A stretch of DNA of 64,000 nt, from NCBI GenBank assembly GCA_951406725.2, contig OX597818.1, positions 125,674,001 through 125,738,000 of the forward strand, given 5' to 3'. A program made the position numbers and the translations under genes. This document shows, one piece after another, positions 42,594 to 56,261 of the stretch (its first letter is position 1; each line of letters begins with the position of its first letter). The notes beneath the pieces were generated by a model that had not been told where the DNA came from, did no database searches, and saw only the letters and a list, made by a program, of their open reading frames with translations. The stretch comes from Octopus vulgaris. Its lineage: Eukaryota.

Positions 42594-43319
42594 ATTATTG
42601 TTGCCATAAGTATGGGACACAACAACGGACAGTTTGGCATTAACTAAATGTTTTCAATGAAGTGCAATTTCATTTTATATACGTCAGCAAGTATGTATTG
42701 TAGTGTAAATAATTCAAATTAGCAATACTAGTTTTCTACGTAAAAGGAGTAGCAAACGTTATAGAACATGTGTGCGACAGAAGCTGGAGGGTAGAACCCT
42801 CTTAAAAAAGAATCTGTGTTGGACAGAAAACTGCAGAGGAAACCGGCTTATGGAATCCTTGTGATCTCGATATGATTAGTTATACAATAACTAATATCTC
42901 GATTATTTAGGATGAAGGAGCTCTTTAGCAGGATATATTTATCTCTTGCGAAATATGATCGGACTTGGTTGTGGTATATCAGTCGTTAACTTGCGTAATT
43001 TTCATTTTACGAACTTATAAATAACAACGTGAAAGCATGTGGCATAGTAGTTAGGCTGTTGCACTTACGATCCCCAGATTGTAGGTTCGATTCCTAGATG
43101 CAACGGCGCGTTATGTTCTTGAGCAAAATACGTCATTTCAAGTTGCTCCAGTTATTTTCCGTTGTGTAACAACATCTGATAGTTTAGCCGGTCACGTGAT
43201 CATGTGATACATAATAACAGGGCCCTAAAGAACCGGTTTCTACAACATTAAAGGAATAGAAGTCAAAATACCGTCTTCAATAAAGCGATATACCTTCGAA
43301 TGTAGTTTTCTGTGTAGTA

Positions 43320-43358
<39 letters not shown>

Positions 43359-43395
43359 TGTACAAGCCAAACAATCACAATACAAACTCCGGGTA

Positions 43396-43597
<202 letters not shown>

Positions 43598-43921
43598 AAT
43601 ACTGTTACTGCTACTGGTGTTGTTACTGACGCTGCTAATACCTACAATAGCGGCAATAAAAATGTACACGTTTATAGGGAGTATAATTTTCCAAGTGAAG
43701 GAATGCTCACAAAAATGAGATTATGAAGGTTCCTTTTGTGTGTATTCATTGAACACGAATAAAGGGAGCGAATGTGGATTCGTCGGTAGGAGTTGAGGAG
43801 GTAGTGGTATGTACGAACGTCCATTTGTATATATGTATGTATGTCTGTATGTAAGTCTGTATGTAACTACGTAGGTATTTTTGTGTGTATGTATACATGT
43901 ATGCATGTATGTATGTATGTC

Positions 43922-45345
43922 ATTATTCAGTTTTATTTCAAGATTTCTTGCCAATAGAGAAAGAGCCGGTTTCTAACCTAGATCCAAGGCTCTTTCATTA
44001 GAATTTCAACAACATCAACAGAGCATTTTTATATATATGTATGAATGTGTGCAGATTTGTATGTTTTTTTCTTTTATGTATGTGTTCTCATGCATATAGT
44101 TGCATATCTAGACATACTCATATATACTTAAATGATAAACTTCAGGAAAGTTTTACAGATGTTTACAGTTCCAGTGATGGATTGGATCTGTAGTCTTCGA
44201 ATTAGAATTCTTCTTTCTGGTTTTGAGAAGTCTAAGTTTTCATGATTGGTATTTAGGCGGCGTATTACTTATCCCAGGGCCCCAATAATTACAGGTGTAA
44301 ACCTGAACTTGTAATCTGGATTGAGTAGCTGTAAATTTCCCAATAGTTTAGCGTAGTTATTTTCTTTCCCGTTGAGCATCCGCTAGGGAACTGATTTGCA
44401 CAACTGCACAGTTTCTCTTCTGTACCTCAAATCATTATTTCAAGCCTATTGTTTACATTTTACTGAGGTTTACACTGGGACATTCCACCAGTACTCGTTT
44501 TTTACTTTTTTTTATGAGTGGCTATAGCTTCCACAATACGAGCTGGCAGAAACGTTGGCACGCCGAGCGAAATGCGTAGCCGTATTTCGTCTGCCGTTAC
44601 GTTCTGAGTTCAAATTCCGCCGAAGTCGACTTTGCCTTTCATCGTTACGCACTGGAGTCGATGTAATCGACTTAATCCGTTTGTCCCCTCTGTGTTTAGC
44701 CCCTTGTGGGTAGTAAAGAAATAGGTATTTCGGCTGCCGCTACGTTCTAAGCTCAAATTCCGCCAGGTCGACTTTGCCTTTCATCCTTTCGGGGTCGATT
44801 AAATAGGTACCAGTTACGCACTGGGGTCGATATAATCGACTTAATCCGTCTGTCTGTCCTTGTTTGTCGTCTCTGTGTTTAGCCCCCTGTGGGTAGTAAA
44901 GAAATAGGTATTTCGTCTGTCTTTACGTTCTGAGTTCAAATTCCGCAAAGGTCGACTTTTCCTTTCATCATTTCGGGGTCGATAAATTAAGTACCAGTTG
45001 CGTACTGGGGTCGATCTGATGGACTGGCACCTTCCCCAAAAATTTCAGGCCTTATGCCCAGAGTAGAAAAGAATACTGTGGGTCTTATTTCTTTATTCTA
45101 GGGTTTATCCTTCAGAAGGATCTCGTTATGCTGTATTCTAGCTACAGTATCATGTCTCATTGGTAGACAATACCGTGATGAGATTTTTGGACAACTGCTT
45201 ATGATGTTGGTGAAATCTTCGGTGTTAACTCCACAAAGGATGCTTCGAGTGTCATATTTTGTTGCTTTTCCTGCTTCTCTGTCCCTTTTGTGCATCAGGT
45301 ATTTGGTTGATATTTCCAGTTCTTGGATTGCAAGCGCCATACCCT
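43922..45345 (-). mobile_element. RLE non-LTR retrotransposon 3' end, interrupted by a SINE
   Basis: Minus strand: CG..TED..NIISSCPKISSRY.LPMRHDTVA (45100-45250), then KENNYAKLLGNLQLLNPDYKFRFTPVIIGALG (44270-44375), then a 3' UTR ending ctgaataatgac. Confidence 0.8.
44539..45072 (+). mobile_element. SINE (family 2) with internally triplicated body
   Basis: The unit gtatttcg.ctg...tacgttct.ag.tcaaattccg starts at about 44582, 44726 and 44908. Confidence 0.85.
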
Positions 45346-45528
45346 TCAAAATGGGAGGTAGTAATCCGAATACACACACGCGCACGTGATCACTCACACG
45401 CGCACGCGATCACACACATGTGCAGGTAATCACACACATACTTACATAAATGCATCTGTGTATGTATGTATGTATGCATGAACGAAAGTATTCATGTATG
45501 TATGTATCTATCCCTCTATCTTTATCTG

Positions 45529-45593
<65 letters not shown>

Positions 45594-46060
45594 GTATCTG
45601 TGTGTCTATGAACACACACACACACATATCTATATACACGTATACATATATATGCATACATGTGTGTGTATGATTAATTTTGCCTACTGTAATTAACAAT
45701 ACTACATGATGAAGCTTACGAAACAGCTGTACACACCTATACATATAAATTTAAATACACAACGGAAAGAGTTACTCATAGTTTCATACTATTATGAAAC
45801 TTGAAAAGGCATAATTATAAAATATGACATGTATCTTAAAGCAGACCTTCAGGCTCTGCTTATGCATTATATATATTAAAAACAAGAATGCTGGACAGTA
45901 AGATTGCATTAAGATACGTGGCGTATTTTATAAATATGCCTGTTCAAGTATCATAATAATATGAAACTATCAGTAACTCTTTCGGTTGTGTATTTAAATT
46001 GATATTTAATCTCTCACTGGAGTACTTTTTTGTTGATTCTACCTCTGTTGCATCTTTAAG

Positions 46061-46114
<54 letters not shown>

Positions 46115-46116
<2 letters not shown>

Positions 46117-46489
46117 TAGCAGTATAGCCCAGCGTTGCTCGGGTTTGTTTTCTTTTCGACCCTTTAGAGTTGGAATTTTTGAAAAGTAAGCTTATTATTT
46201 TCTTTAAGCGAACATTTTTCTGGTTGAAATACAGCGCAAAATGGCGACACAGCAGTCAAAAACCCGTAAAAAATAGGGATTTTCATAGAAAAAAAAGCAC
46301 CTTTGTGATGTAAGTAATTTTTGGTCTTAACATGGTCTGATTTGAATTTTGTCTTCTACAGAATAAAGAGCAAGCCTTATTCTATCATGCTTTCAATTTT
46401 GGTTAACCTGCGCCTCAGGGTCTCCGAAGAGATAGTGTTAGTTGAAGGCTGCCAAACCTGCCACACACACACACACAGACAACTTCAGC

Positions 46490-46492
<3 letters not shown>
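46115..46492 (+). mobile_element. Non-autonomous Helitron/Helentron-like element in (TA)n
   Basis: Starts ACTAGCAGTATAGCCCAGCGTTGCTCGGG (hairpin-forming) and ends (CA)n-gacaacttcagctt. Near-identical copy at 52336-52700; diverged start at about 23770. Class assignment is by resemblance only. Confidence 0.5.
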
Positions 46493-46552
<60 letters not shown>

Positions 46553-46645
46553 TGAATATCAGTGATTCACTCCACCGTTACTCCGAGTAGCAAATATATA
46601 CATTCAGTGTATATTTAATCGTTAAAAGGGTAAATATTGCGTACA

Positions 46646-47120
46646 GTTTATTCCATGTTTCAGCAACTCTGAGCGTGAAAAAATGTTTCCGAAAGTCATG
46701 GGCGCTGTGTTGTTTTCTGACTTTGTAGGCATGTCCACGTGTGTTAGACACATGGAGATCAAAAAGGTGTTCAGTGTTGTTGGTGAGGTGGTTGATAACT
46801 TTGTGGGTGTTTAACAAGTCCGTCGCCAGACGCCGGAGCTTCAGTGAATCCATGCCCAGGGAAACAAGCCGCTCAGAATATGGTAGGTGTCTGATGGAGG
46901 GTATGCATTTGGTTTCACGTCTCTGGACAGATTCCAAGGGGTCAATGTTCTGAGCAAGATAGGGGTTCCAAACTGATGATGCGAATTCCAAGTGTGGTCG
47001 TACCATAGCTGTATACAGTTTTAAATAGATGGCTGGAGAGCGGCTAACAAAAGTCTTGCTGAGTGATGCCAAGACACCCTCGGCCTTCTTGACAATTTTA
47101 GAGATATGCTTTGTCCAACA
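46646..47120 (-). mobile_element. CR1-like LINE ORF2 C-terminal fragment
   Basis: Open frame [69 protein letters not shown]. Confidence 0.9.
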
Positions 47121-47430
47121 CAATACAAATAAAGAAAAAAACAGTACAAATAAAGATAAAAAAAGTAAAAGACAGGACAAGGAAACCAACAATAAGGGAT
47201 TTTTTAAGCCTAGACAGTGGGAAAATTCATTAGAACGCATTGTATATGTATATATTTATGTATATATACATATGTGTAGATATATGTATGTATATATATA
47301 TATACGTATACACATACGTATATACATACGTATATATATATGTATATATATATATATGTATGTATATATACATTTATATATATATATGTGTATATACATT
47401 TATACATATATATATATATACGTAAATATA

Positions 47431-47499
<69 letters not shown>

Positions 47500-47575
47500 A
47501 AGCTTTATATATAAAGAACGTGAAATACACGAAGTGACGAACACAGAAAACATATATATATACATGTATAAATAT

Positions 47576-47664
<89 letters not shown>

Positions 47665-47944
47665 TGTATGTATGTGTGAGTTTGTATCCATGTTTGTTAT
47701 GTCTGTGGTTATGTTTGTCCCCAACCATCGCTTGACAACCGGTGTTGGTGGATTTACCTCCACTTAACTTAGCGGTTCGGCAAAAAGAAACCGATAGAAT
47801 AAGTACAAGGCTTCAAAATACAAGCCCTGGGGACAATTCAACTAAAACCTTTCTTAGTGGTGCCCCAGTATGACCACAGTAAAATGACTGAAACACGTGA
47901 AGAGTTAAAGAGAAAAAGAAGGAACACAAACACATATATCTATA

Positions 47945-50620
47945 TTTTCGAAAAATTTTGGGGTAAAATTTTCGGCAAAATTTTCGAAAAATTGTTGGTG
48001 AAAATTTTTGCGTAAAATTTTCGGTGAAAATTTTCGAAAAATTTTTGGGATTTTTAGAAAATTTTACCGAAAATATTACCCATAAATTTTTCTAAAACTT
48101 TCACCAAAAATTTTCATGAAAAATTTTTCGAAAATTTTCCTCGAGCTAAAAATAGGTTTATGTTATGGATAAAAATAGATTTGTATGTGGCTGCTTCTGC
48201 TTTCTGTGTATATATAGAGTGAATTCTGGTTTACTACTACACGATACACCAGATTCTGCTTAACACTTAACATCTATGACGATGTCGACGTTTATAGACC
48301 TCAGCATATGGAGCATATTTGTTATATGGTTTTTCGAAAATTTTCACCGAAAATTTCACCCAAAAATTTTTAGGAAATTTTAGCCGTAAATTTTCCCCCA
48401 AAACTTTTCGAAACTTTTCATCGAAAATTTTCTCGAAAAATTTCTGGAAAATTTTTGCCGAAAATTTTCCCCAAAAATTTTACGAAAATTTTCACCGAAA
48501 ATTTTTCGAAATTTTTCCCCAAAACTTTTTCGAAAATTTTCCCCGAAAAATTTACGAAAATTTTACCCAAAAATTTTTCGAAAATTTTCCACGAAAATTT
48601 TACTCAAAAATTTACCGAAAATTTTCATAGAAAATTTTACCCAAAAATTTTACGAAAATTTTCAACTAAAATTTTCCCCAAAGGCTTTTCGAAAATTTTA
48701 CCCAAAAATTTTTCGAAAATTTATGCCGAAAATTTACCCCAAAAATTTTACTAAAAATTTTCACGGAAAATTTTCCCCAAATGTTTTTTGAAAATTTTCC
48801 CAAAAAAGTTTTCCTAAATTTTCACCGAAAATTTTACGCAAAAATTTTTAGAAATTTTTGCCGAAAATTTTCGTTAAAATTTTTTCGAAAATTTTCACTG
48901 AAAATTTAACCAAAAAATTTTTCGAAAATTTTCACAAAAATTTTCTCAAAAAATCTTTCGAAAATTTTCACACAAAACTTTCCCCAAAATTTTTCGAAAA
49001 TTTTCACCAAAATTTCTTCACCGATTTTGGCCCAGCTGGCCTTCCATACTTTGTGATTTGGGCACCGCTGGCCTTCCATACTTTTTGATTTTGGCACCAC
49101 TGGCCTTCCATACTTTTTTGATTTTGGCACCGCTGGCCTTCCATACTTTTTAATTTTGGCACCGCTTGCCTTCCATACTTTATGATTTTGGCACCGCTCG
49201 TCTTCCATATTTTAAGATTTTGGCACCGCTGGCTTTGTAATTATTCGAAAATTTTTCCGAAAAAGTTTTTCCAAAATTTTCCCCAAAAATTTTACGTAAA
49301 TTTTCACCGAAAATTTTCCCCAAAGGTTTTTCGAAAGTTTTCCCGAAAATTTTCACCTCAAATTTTACCGAAATATTTTTCGGGAATTTTCACAAAACTT
49401 TTTCGAAAACTTTGACGGAAATTTTCCCAAAAATTTTCCGAAAATTTTCACCGAAAATTTTACCCAAAAATTTTTTGAAAATTTTCACCAGAAATCTTTT
49501 GAAAATTTTCACCGAAAATTTTCCTCAGAAATTTTTCGAAAATTTTCCCCGAGCTAAAAATAGATTTATGTTATGGCTAACAATAGATCTTTAGGTGGCT
49601 GCTGCTGCTGCTTTCTGTGTATATATGGAGTGAATTTTGGTTTACAGTCAAGATGCCTCATCATCCACGATACACCAAATTCTGCTTTACACTTAACAAC
49701 TATGACGATGTCGACGTTTATAGACCTCAGCATATGGAGCATATTCGTTATATGGTTTTTCGAAAATTTTCACTGGAAACTTTCCCCAAAATTTTTCGAA
49801 AAATTTTGGCCAAAAATTCTTCACCGATTTTGGCACCGCTGCCCTTCCATAATTTATGATTTTGGCACCGCTGGTCTTCCATACTTTAGGATTTTGGCCC
49901 CGCCGGCCTTCCATACTTTGTGATTTCGGCACCGCTGGCTTTCTGATCTTAGAAAAAACTTCCCAAAAATTTTTCCAAAAATTTTACCGGAAATTTTCCC
50001 CAAAATTTTTCGAAAATTTTCCCCAAAAATTTTACGCAAATTTTCCGAAAATTTTACCCCAAAATTTTTCGAAAATTTTACCCAAGAATTTTTCGAAAAT
50101 TTTCCCCAAAACTTTTTCGAAAATTTTCACCAAAAATTTTTCGAAAATTTTTACCGAATATTTCACCCAAAAATTTTTCGAAAATTTTCCACGAAAATTT
50201 TACTCAAAAGTTTTTCGAAAATTTTCACCGAATATTTTACCGGAAAATTTTTCGAAAATTTTCTCCGACCTAAAAATAGATTAATGTTATGGCTAAAAAT
50301 AGATTTTTAGGTGGCGTCTGCTGCTGCTGCTTTCTGTGTATATATAGAGTGAATTCTGGCTTACTACTAGAATCAAGATGCTTCACCATACACGATACAC
50401 CAGATTCTGCTTTACACTTAACAACTATGATGATGTCGACGTTTGTAGATCTCAGCATATGGAGCATATTCGTTATGTGGTTTTTCGAAAGTTTTCACAG
50501 AAAATTTTACCCAAAAATTTTTCGAATATTTTCACCAAAAATCTTTCGAAAATTTTCACCGAAAATTTTACCCAGAAATTTTTCGAAAATTTTCACCAAA
50601 AATTCTTTGAAAATTGGCTG
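47945..50620. repeat. Composite satellite: phased GAAAATTTTC tracts with a ~190-bp module (x3) and 32-bp tandem arrays (x2)
   Basis: Modules at about 48143-48330, 49550-49757 and 50289-50482. ATTTTGGCACCGCTGGCCTTCCATACTTTNTG occurs about 6.5 times at 49024-49232 and about 3.5 times at 49826-49940. Confidence 0.9.
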
Positions 50621-50764
50621 AAAGCTGGCTGAAACTTTAACAACATAGTAGCAGAGCCAGAGACAATGCCTGAAACTTAGATATGTTTCGATCAAAGAAT
50701 GGTCCAAGCCATGTCTAACTTAATACCACCACCTGATATATATATAATGTATTGTATATAAACT

Positions 50765-50825
<61 letters not shown>

Positions 50826-50866
50826 TTGTATATATATATATATACATATATATTTATATATATATA

Positions 50867-50930
<64 letters not shown>

Positions 50931-50961
50931 CAGATATACATATGTACATATATATATATAA

Positions 50962-51051
<90 letters not shown>

Positions 51052-52223
51052 CAGTAAGTACTGCTTATGTATGCATGTATGAAGGCACTGGAATATCTTA
51101 GTAATATCAACTTGGCACCCAATAAATGTGAACGAATTAAGTTAACATGAATAATTTAGGAGATACGAAGGTCGTTTGTTCAGTTTTATTAGAGTTTAAC
51201 AGTTTCAAGACGGTTACATTTTGCACATGCGTGCGTGCACACAGACGCGTGAGCGCACACAAACATACACATACACAAACAGACACAGACTCACACTTGC
51301 ATACATCTACACACATTCACAGATATCAATACGCGTGTATTACCACACAGTCAATCCTGCGCTTATATACGTGATTTCTTAACTGGGACTAGAGCTGTTC
51401 CTGCACATAGTTGCTTACTGAGCCTGAGAGCGAATGACACAATGAGATGACAGAGACGGTGAATATTCTCCTTAAGGTGTGGAAACGACTTTAACGCTTG
51501 TATCTTTTGTTGTTTTTCTTTCTTTATCTTGAGCGGTCTTTTTCCTATGAGTGAAAAAATATATGGTGTTTCCATATTTTCATAAATTTCATTTATTGGA
51601 ATATCCCTATAGTTTTAGTACTTGTTGATTGTGCCATTTCGCCCATTATTCTGGACTTGTCAGTATAATATAACTTGGAAATATGAAATTCTTTAGTCTA
51701 CATTTGGAAGGTTTAAGAATTAAATACGATCGATTTTCCTCAGCAGTTGCGTTTCGTTTTGTTATTGCCCTCTCTTTTAAGGAAAAAGAGATAGAGGCAA
51801 GGAGGCAAGGAGAGGAAACTCTCAAAGTTAAAATTAGTATTAAATTTTAAGATTAAAATTAAAACTATAAATGAGGCTTAAATGCGATCGATTTTTCTAT
51901 TTTCATTATCCTTAAAAGTGGAGAGAAGAAGGAGAGGAAGAGAGATATAGTGATAGGAAGAGGGGAAATCTCTTACACGTCTTAGTTTTCATCTTAGAAG
52001 TTTGGTAACATTTCATATTTTTTCTTCTAGTACGGATTCACCTTGTGTTCGCTTCTTGTAGACACGTTTTACGTTTTCTCCAAAACAACCTACAATTCCT
52101 TGTCTGTTTAGTTAGTTGAAACATGTTTTCAACAAAGTTTGTGTTAGGAACTCTTTCTCCGAATTTATGGGAAACGCATGTAAGCTAACTGGAATAAAAT
52201 GTATAAATATCTATGAAATGTGC

Positions 52224-52254
<31 letters not shown>

Positions 52255-52286
52255 TATGCGTGTGTATATATATGTATATATATACA

Positions 52287-52335
<49 letters not shown>

Positions 52336-52337
<2 letters not shown>

Positions 52338-52697
52338 TAGCAGTATAGCCCAGCGTTGCTCGGGTTTGTTTTCTTTTCGACCCTTTAGAGTTGGAAATTT
52401 GAAAAGTAAGCTTATTATTCTCTTTAAGCGAACATTTTTCTGGTTGAAATACAGCGCAAAATGGCGACACAGCAGTCAAAAAACCGTAAAAGAAAAGGGA
52501 TTTTCATAGAAAAAAAAGCACCTTTGTGATGTAAGTAATTTTTGGTCTTAACATGGTCTGATTAAATAAAGAATAAAGAGCAAGCCTTCTTCTATCATGG
52601 TTTCAATTTTGGTTAACTTGCGCCGCAGGGTCTCCGAAGAGATAGTGTTAGTTGAAGGCTACCAAACCTGCCACACACACACACAGACAACTTCAGC

Positions 52698-52700
<3 letters not shown>
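52336..52700 (+). mobile_element. Second copy of the Helitron/Helentron-like element
   Basis: Near-identical to 46115-46492, including the downstream flank. Confidence 0.5.
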
Positions 52701-52766
<66 letters not shown>

Positions 52767-53092
52767 TGAATATCAGTGATTCACTCCACTGTTACACCGA
52801 GCTGCAAATATATATATTCAGTGTATATTTAATCGTTAAATGGGTAAATATTGCGTACATATGACGAGAATTCTCCGTCGTGCAAATTTTACGTAAGTTG
52901 TCACTTAAGAATAACTCAGCCGGAGATTAGCATGACAATACACAGCCTAAGTTGATACCGACAACTCTTGAAATTATAACTAGGAATATTCATTTTAAAA
53001 TAAACACATGGGATACGGATGGATAGTTTTAAAAGAAATGTGTGAATGAAATATAAATGGGTATACAAACGCAGTCACCAGCAGGTAAAGAG

Positions 53093-53154
<62 letters not shown>

Positions 53155-53556
53155 TTTTTATCTGTTTCAGTCATTTTGACTGCGGCCATGCTGGAGCACC
53201 GCCTTTAATCGAGCAACTCGACCCCAGGACTTATTCTTTGTAAGCCCAGTACTTATTCTATCGGTCTCTTTTGCCGAACCGCTAAGTGACGGGGACATAA
53301 ACACACCAGCATCGGTTGTCAAGCAATGCTAGGGGAACAAACACATACACACAAACATACACGCACATACATATATATATATATACATATATACGACGGG
53401 CTTCTTTCAGTTTCCGTCTACCAAACCCACTCACAAGGCTTTGGTTGGCCCGAGGCTAAAGTAGAAAACACTTGCCCAAGGTGCCACGCAGTGGGACTGA
53501 ACCCGGAACCATGTGGTTGGTAAACAAGCTACTTACTACACAGCCACTCCCGCGCC
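53155..53556 (-). mobile_element. Full-length SINE (family 1)
   Basis: Close reverse complement of 37638-38040. Confidence 0.9.
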
Positions 53557-53971
53557 GGTGTTAGGAAACACCTACCTTGCTAGAAATAAGGGCTAAACCG
53601 CTATAATGCTGTAGTTAACGCACAGGAATTAAAACATATACAGTAACAGGGACCATAATCATCTGAAAAGGGCTGATTGAAAATTCATAATAATGACGCG
53701 TCAGTTTCAGTGATTTCCGTTGCCTCATCAGTCAAGACCGCTCGATTGTTCGGCTCTTTTTAGATACGCCTATTAGTATTTACGATTTCGTCATCCAAAT
53801 CATTGTTTGATGTAGCGATTCACTGTGTATATATACAATTAATATAAACATCAGTATGCAATCGATCGGTACTTTGGTCCATGTTAGTGTATGTTTTTAT
53901 TCATGTGCGTTAACAACAACATTAGAGTGATTTAGCTCTTATTTCTAGCAATGTAGGTATTTCCTAACACC
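53557..53971. mobile_element. Fold-back element with ~100 bp imperfect inverted arms and a degenerate hammerhead core in the loop
   Basis: 53557-53656 pairs with 53875-53971. The minus strand of 53692-53735 has CTGATGAG..GAAAC. Confidence 0.55.
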
Positions 53972-54047
53972 CTAGTCACATTTAGTGATATTTCTAATTC
54001 TCCTTTTTGGTGAAATATTGCAAGCTGCAGTTTATATTAATTATATT

Positions 54048-54106
<59 letters not shown>

Positions 54107-54767
54107 ATAAATAAATAAGTAGATAGACAGATAAAGATGAATGGCGGTGCCCCAGCATGGCCACAGCTCGTGAGCTGAAACTAGTTAAAATAAAAAATAA
54201 AAATAAAAATAACTTAGATATGTTTCGATCAAAGAATGGTCCAAGCCATGTCTAAATTAATACCACCATCTGATATATATATAATGTATTGTATATATAC
54301 AATACAATGAGATGACAGAGAGGGAGAATATTCTCCTTAAGGCGTGGGAACGACTTTAACATTTGTATCTTTTGTTGTTTTTCTTTCCTTATCTTGAGAG
54401 GTCTTTTTCCTATGAGTGAAAAAATATATGGTGTTTCCATATTTTCATAAACTTCATTTATTGGAATATTATTATTTGCAGAGGGCTCCTTCATCGAAAA
54501 CCGGTGTTTACCATGCGTTGACGAGAGGCAATTACCTTGAAACTATAGTCCGTATATATCACTTAGGTTTTCGAGGGAGGACGACCGCCCTTTGCAAATA
54601 ACACAAGAGCACTGAAATTTTGTGTCTAAGGCCAGCTAATGACGTTGATCTCCTGGGGCTAAAAGCATCAGTAACACCCCACCCCCAGTGGCTAGCCACA
54701 TTCAGATGGCTAGTACACTTTACGTTGTCGAGCGGTTACTGTTTATATCTCGTTCAGAGATTTATTA

Positions 54768-54809
<42 letters not shown>

Positions 54810-55050
54810 CCTGCTCGCTTAGCCAGCGGGGTGGCGTCATTCGAAGGCTAAAACAATGCGAACGCATTGTGACCAGCGACGTGTAACAACATCTGATGGT
54901 CTGGTCGGTCACGTGGTTACGTGGATATATATATATATTGTTATATTTCGGAATGGTCATTTTGCCAGTTTAGCCAATAAAAACACACGCACTATATATT
55001 TGGTGTTATTTTGTTATCTATTTTTTACATTAATCTTAATCTTATTTCAG

Positions 55051-55090
55051 CCAGAGTTCTTTCGTCACACTCCTGTGACCGCATCAGTGG
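55051..55090 (-). ncRNA. Minimal type I hammerhead-like motif
   Basis: CCA-CUGAUGC-G-GUCACA(GGAG)UGUGAC-GAAA-GAAC-UC-UGG. Stem I CCA/UGG and a 6-bp stem II. Confidence 0.55.
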
Positions 55091-55937
55091 TCCTTTGTTT
55101 TCTTCTTTCTTATTTGTGTCTCTCCTTACTAACCGTCAGCCATTTTGTATTTCTATTGTATCTCTTCATTTGCGCATGCTTATATCTCTATGTGCGTCTA
55201 TGCGCACATATAAATGTATGTGCGCACATATATATGTATATATACATGCGTAAATGAGTACAAGACACCACAAATAAACGTAGAACACAACGAGAAACGA
55301 AAACATATAAACAAAACAAGGAAACGGACTTTTTTTAACAACGAAAAAACAGAGTACAAGCCAAACAACAGCTGCCCCTGTTTCAACTTATTGCGTGTTT
55401 CGAAGGTAAGGACAGAACACGACTACCCTGAAACAGCCCTTCCCCGCAAATGAATTAAATAAAAAAATTTTGCGGAGGGGTAAAAAAATGTGACAAGAAC
55501 AGGACGTAAAAGCAATACAAATAAAGAAAAACACAGTACAAATAAAGATAAAAACAGTAAAAGAGAGGACAAGGAAACCAACAACAAGGGCTTTTTTAAG
55601 CCTAGACGGTGGGAAAATTCATTAGAACGCATTGTATATGTATATATATGTATATATATATATGTATATATATATATATGTATATATAAATGTATATATA
55701 TATAGATATGTATGTGTGAATATATATGTATATGTATATATATATGTATATGTATATATGCATGTATATATTTGTATATATTTATGTATGTATATACATA
55801 TGTGTAGATATGTGTATATATATATATATATATACGTATATACATACGTATATATATATACGTATATATATGTATGTATATATACATTTATATATATATG
55901 TGTGTATATACATGTATATATATATATATACGTATAC

Positions 55938-55995
<58 letters not shown>

Positions 55996-56012
55996 AAATA
56001 TATACATACATA

Positions 56013-56064
<52 letters not shown>

Positions 56065-56070
<6 letters not shown>

Positions 56071-56167
56071 ATAGAAGCCATCTTATCATGGCTAACCACA
56101 TTGGGGAGGGGGTGTTACTCCCCCTCCCCAATGTGGTTAGCCATGATAAGATGGCTTCTATACTTTA
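56065..56167. repeat. Perfect 48-bp-arm hairpin beside (TA)n
   Basis: 56065-56112 is the exact reverse complement of 56120-56167, with a 7-nt loop. The right arm plus flank resembles 54670-54770. Confidence 0.9.
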
Positions 56168-56215
56168 CATTATCGAGCGATTACCGTTTCAATCTCATTC
56201 TGAGATTTAATTATG

Positions 56216-56261
<46 letters not shown>

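Noticed and set aside
49024-49940. 32-bp repeats resembling a CRISPR array
   Set aside because: The units are head-to-tail with no unique spacers, the context is eukaryotic, and there are no cas genes.
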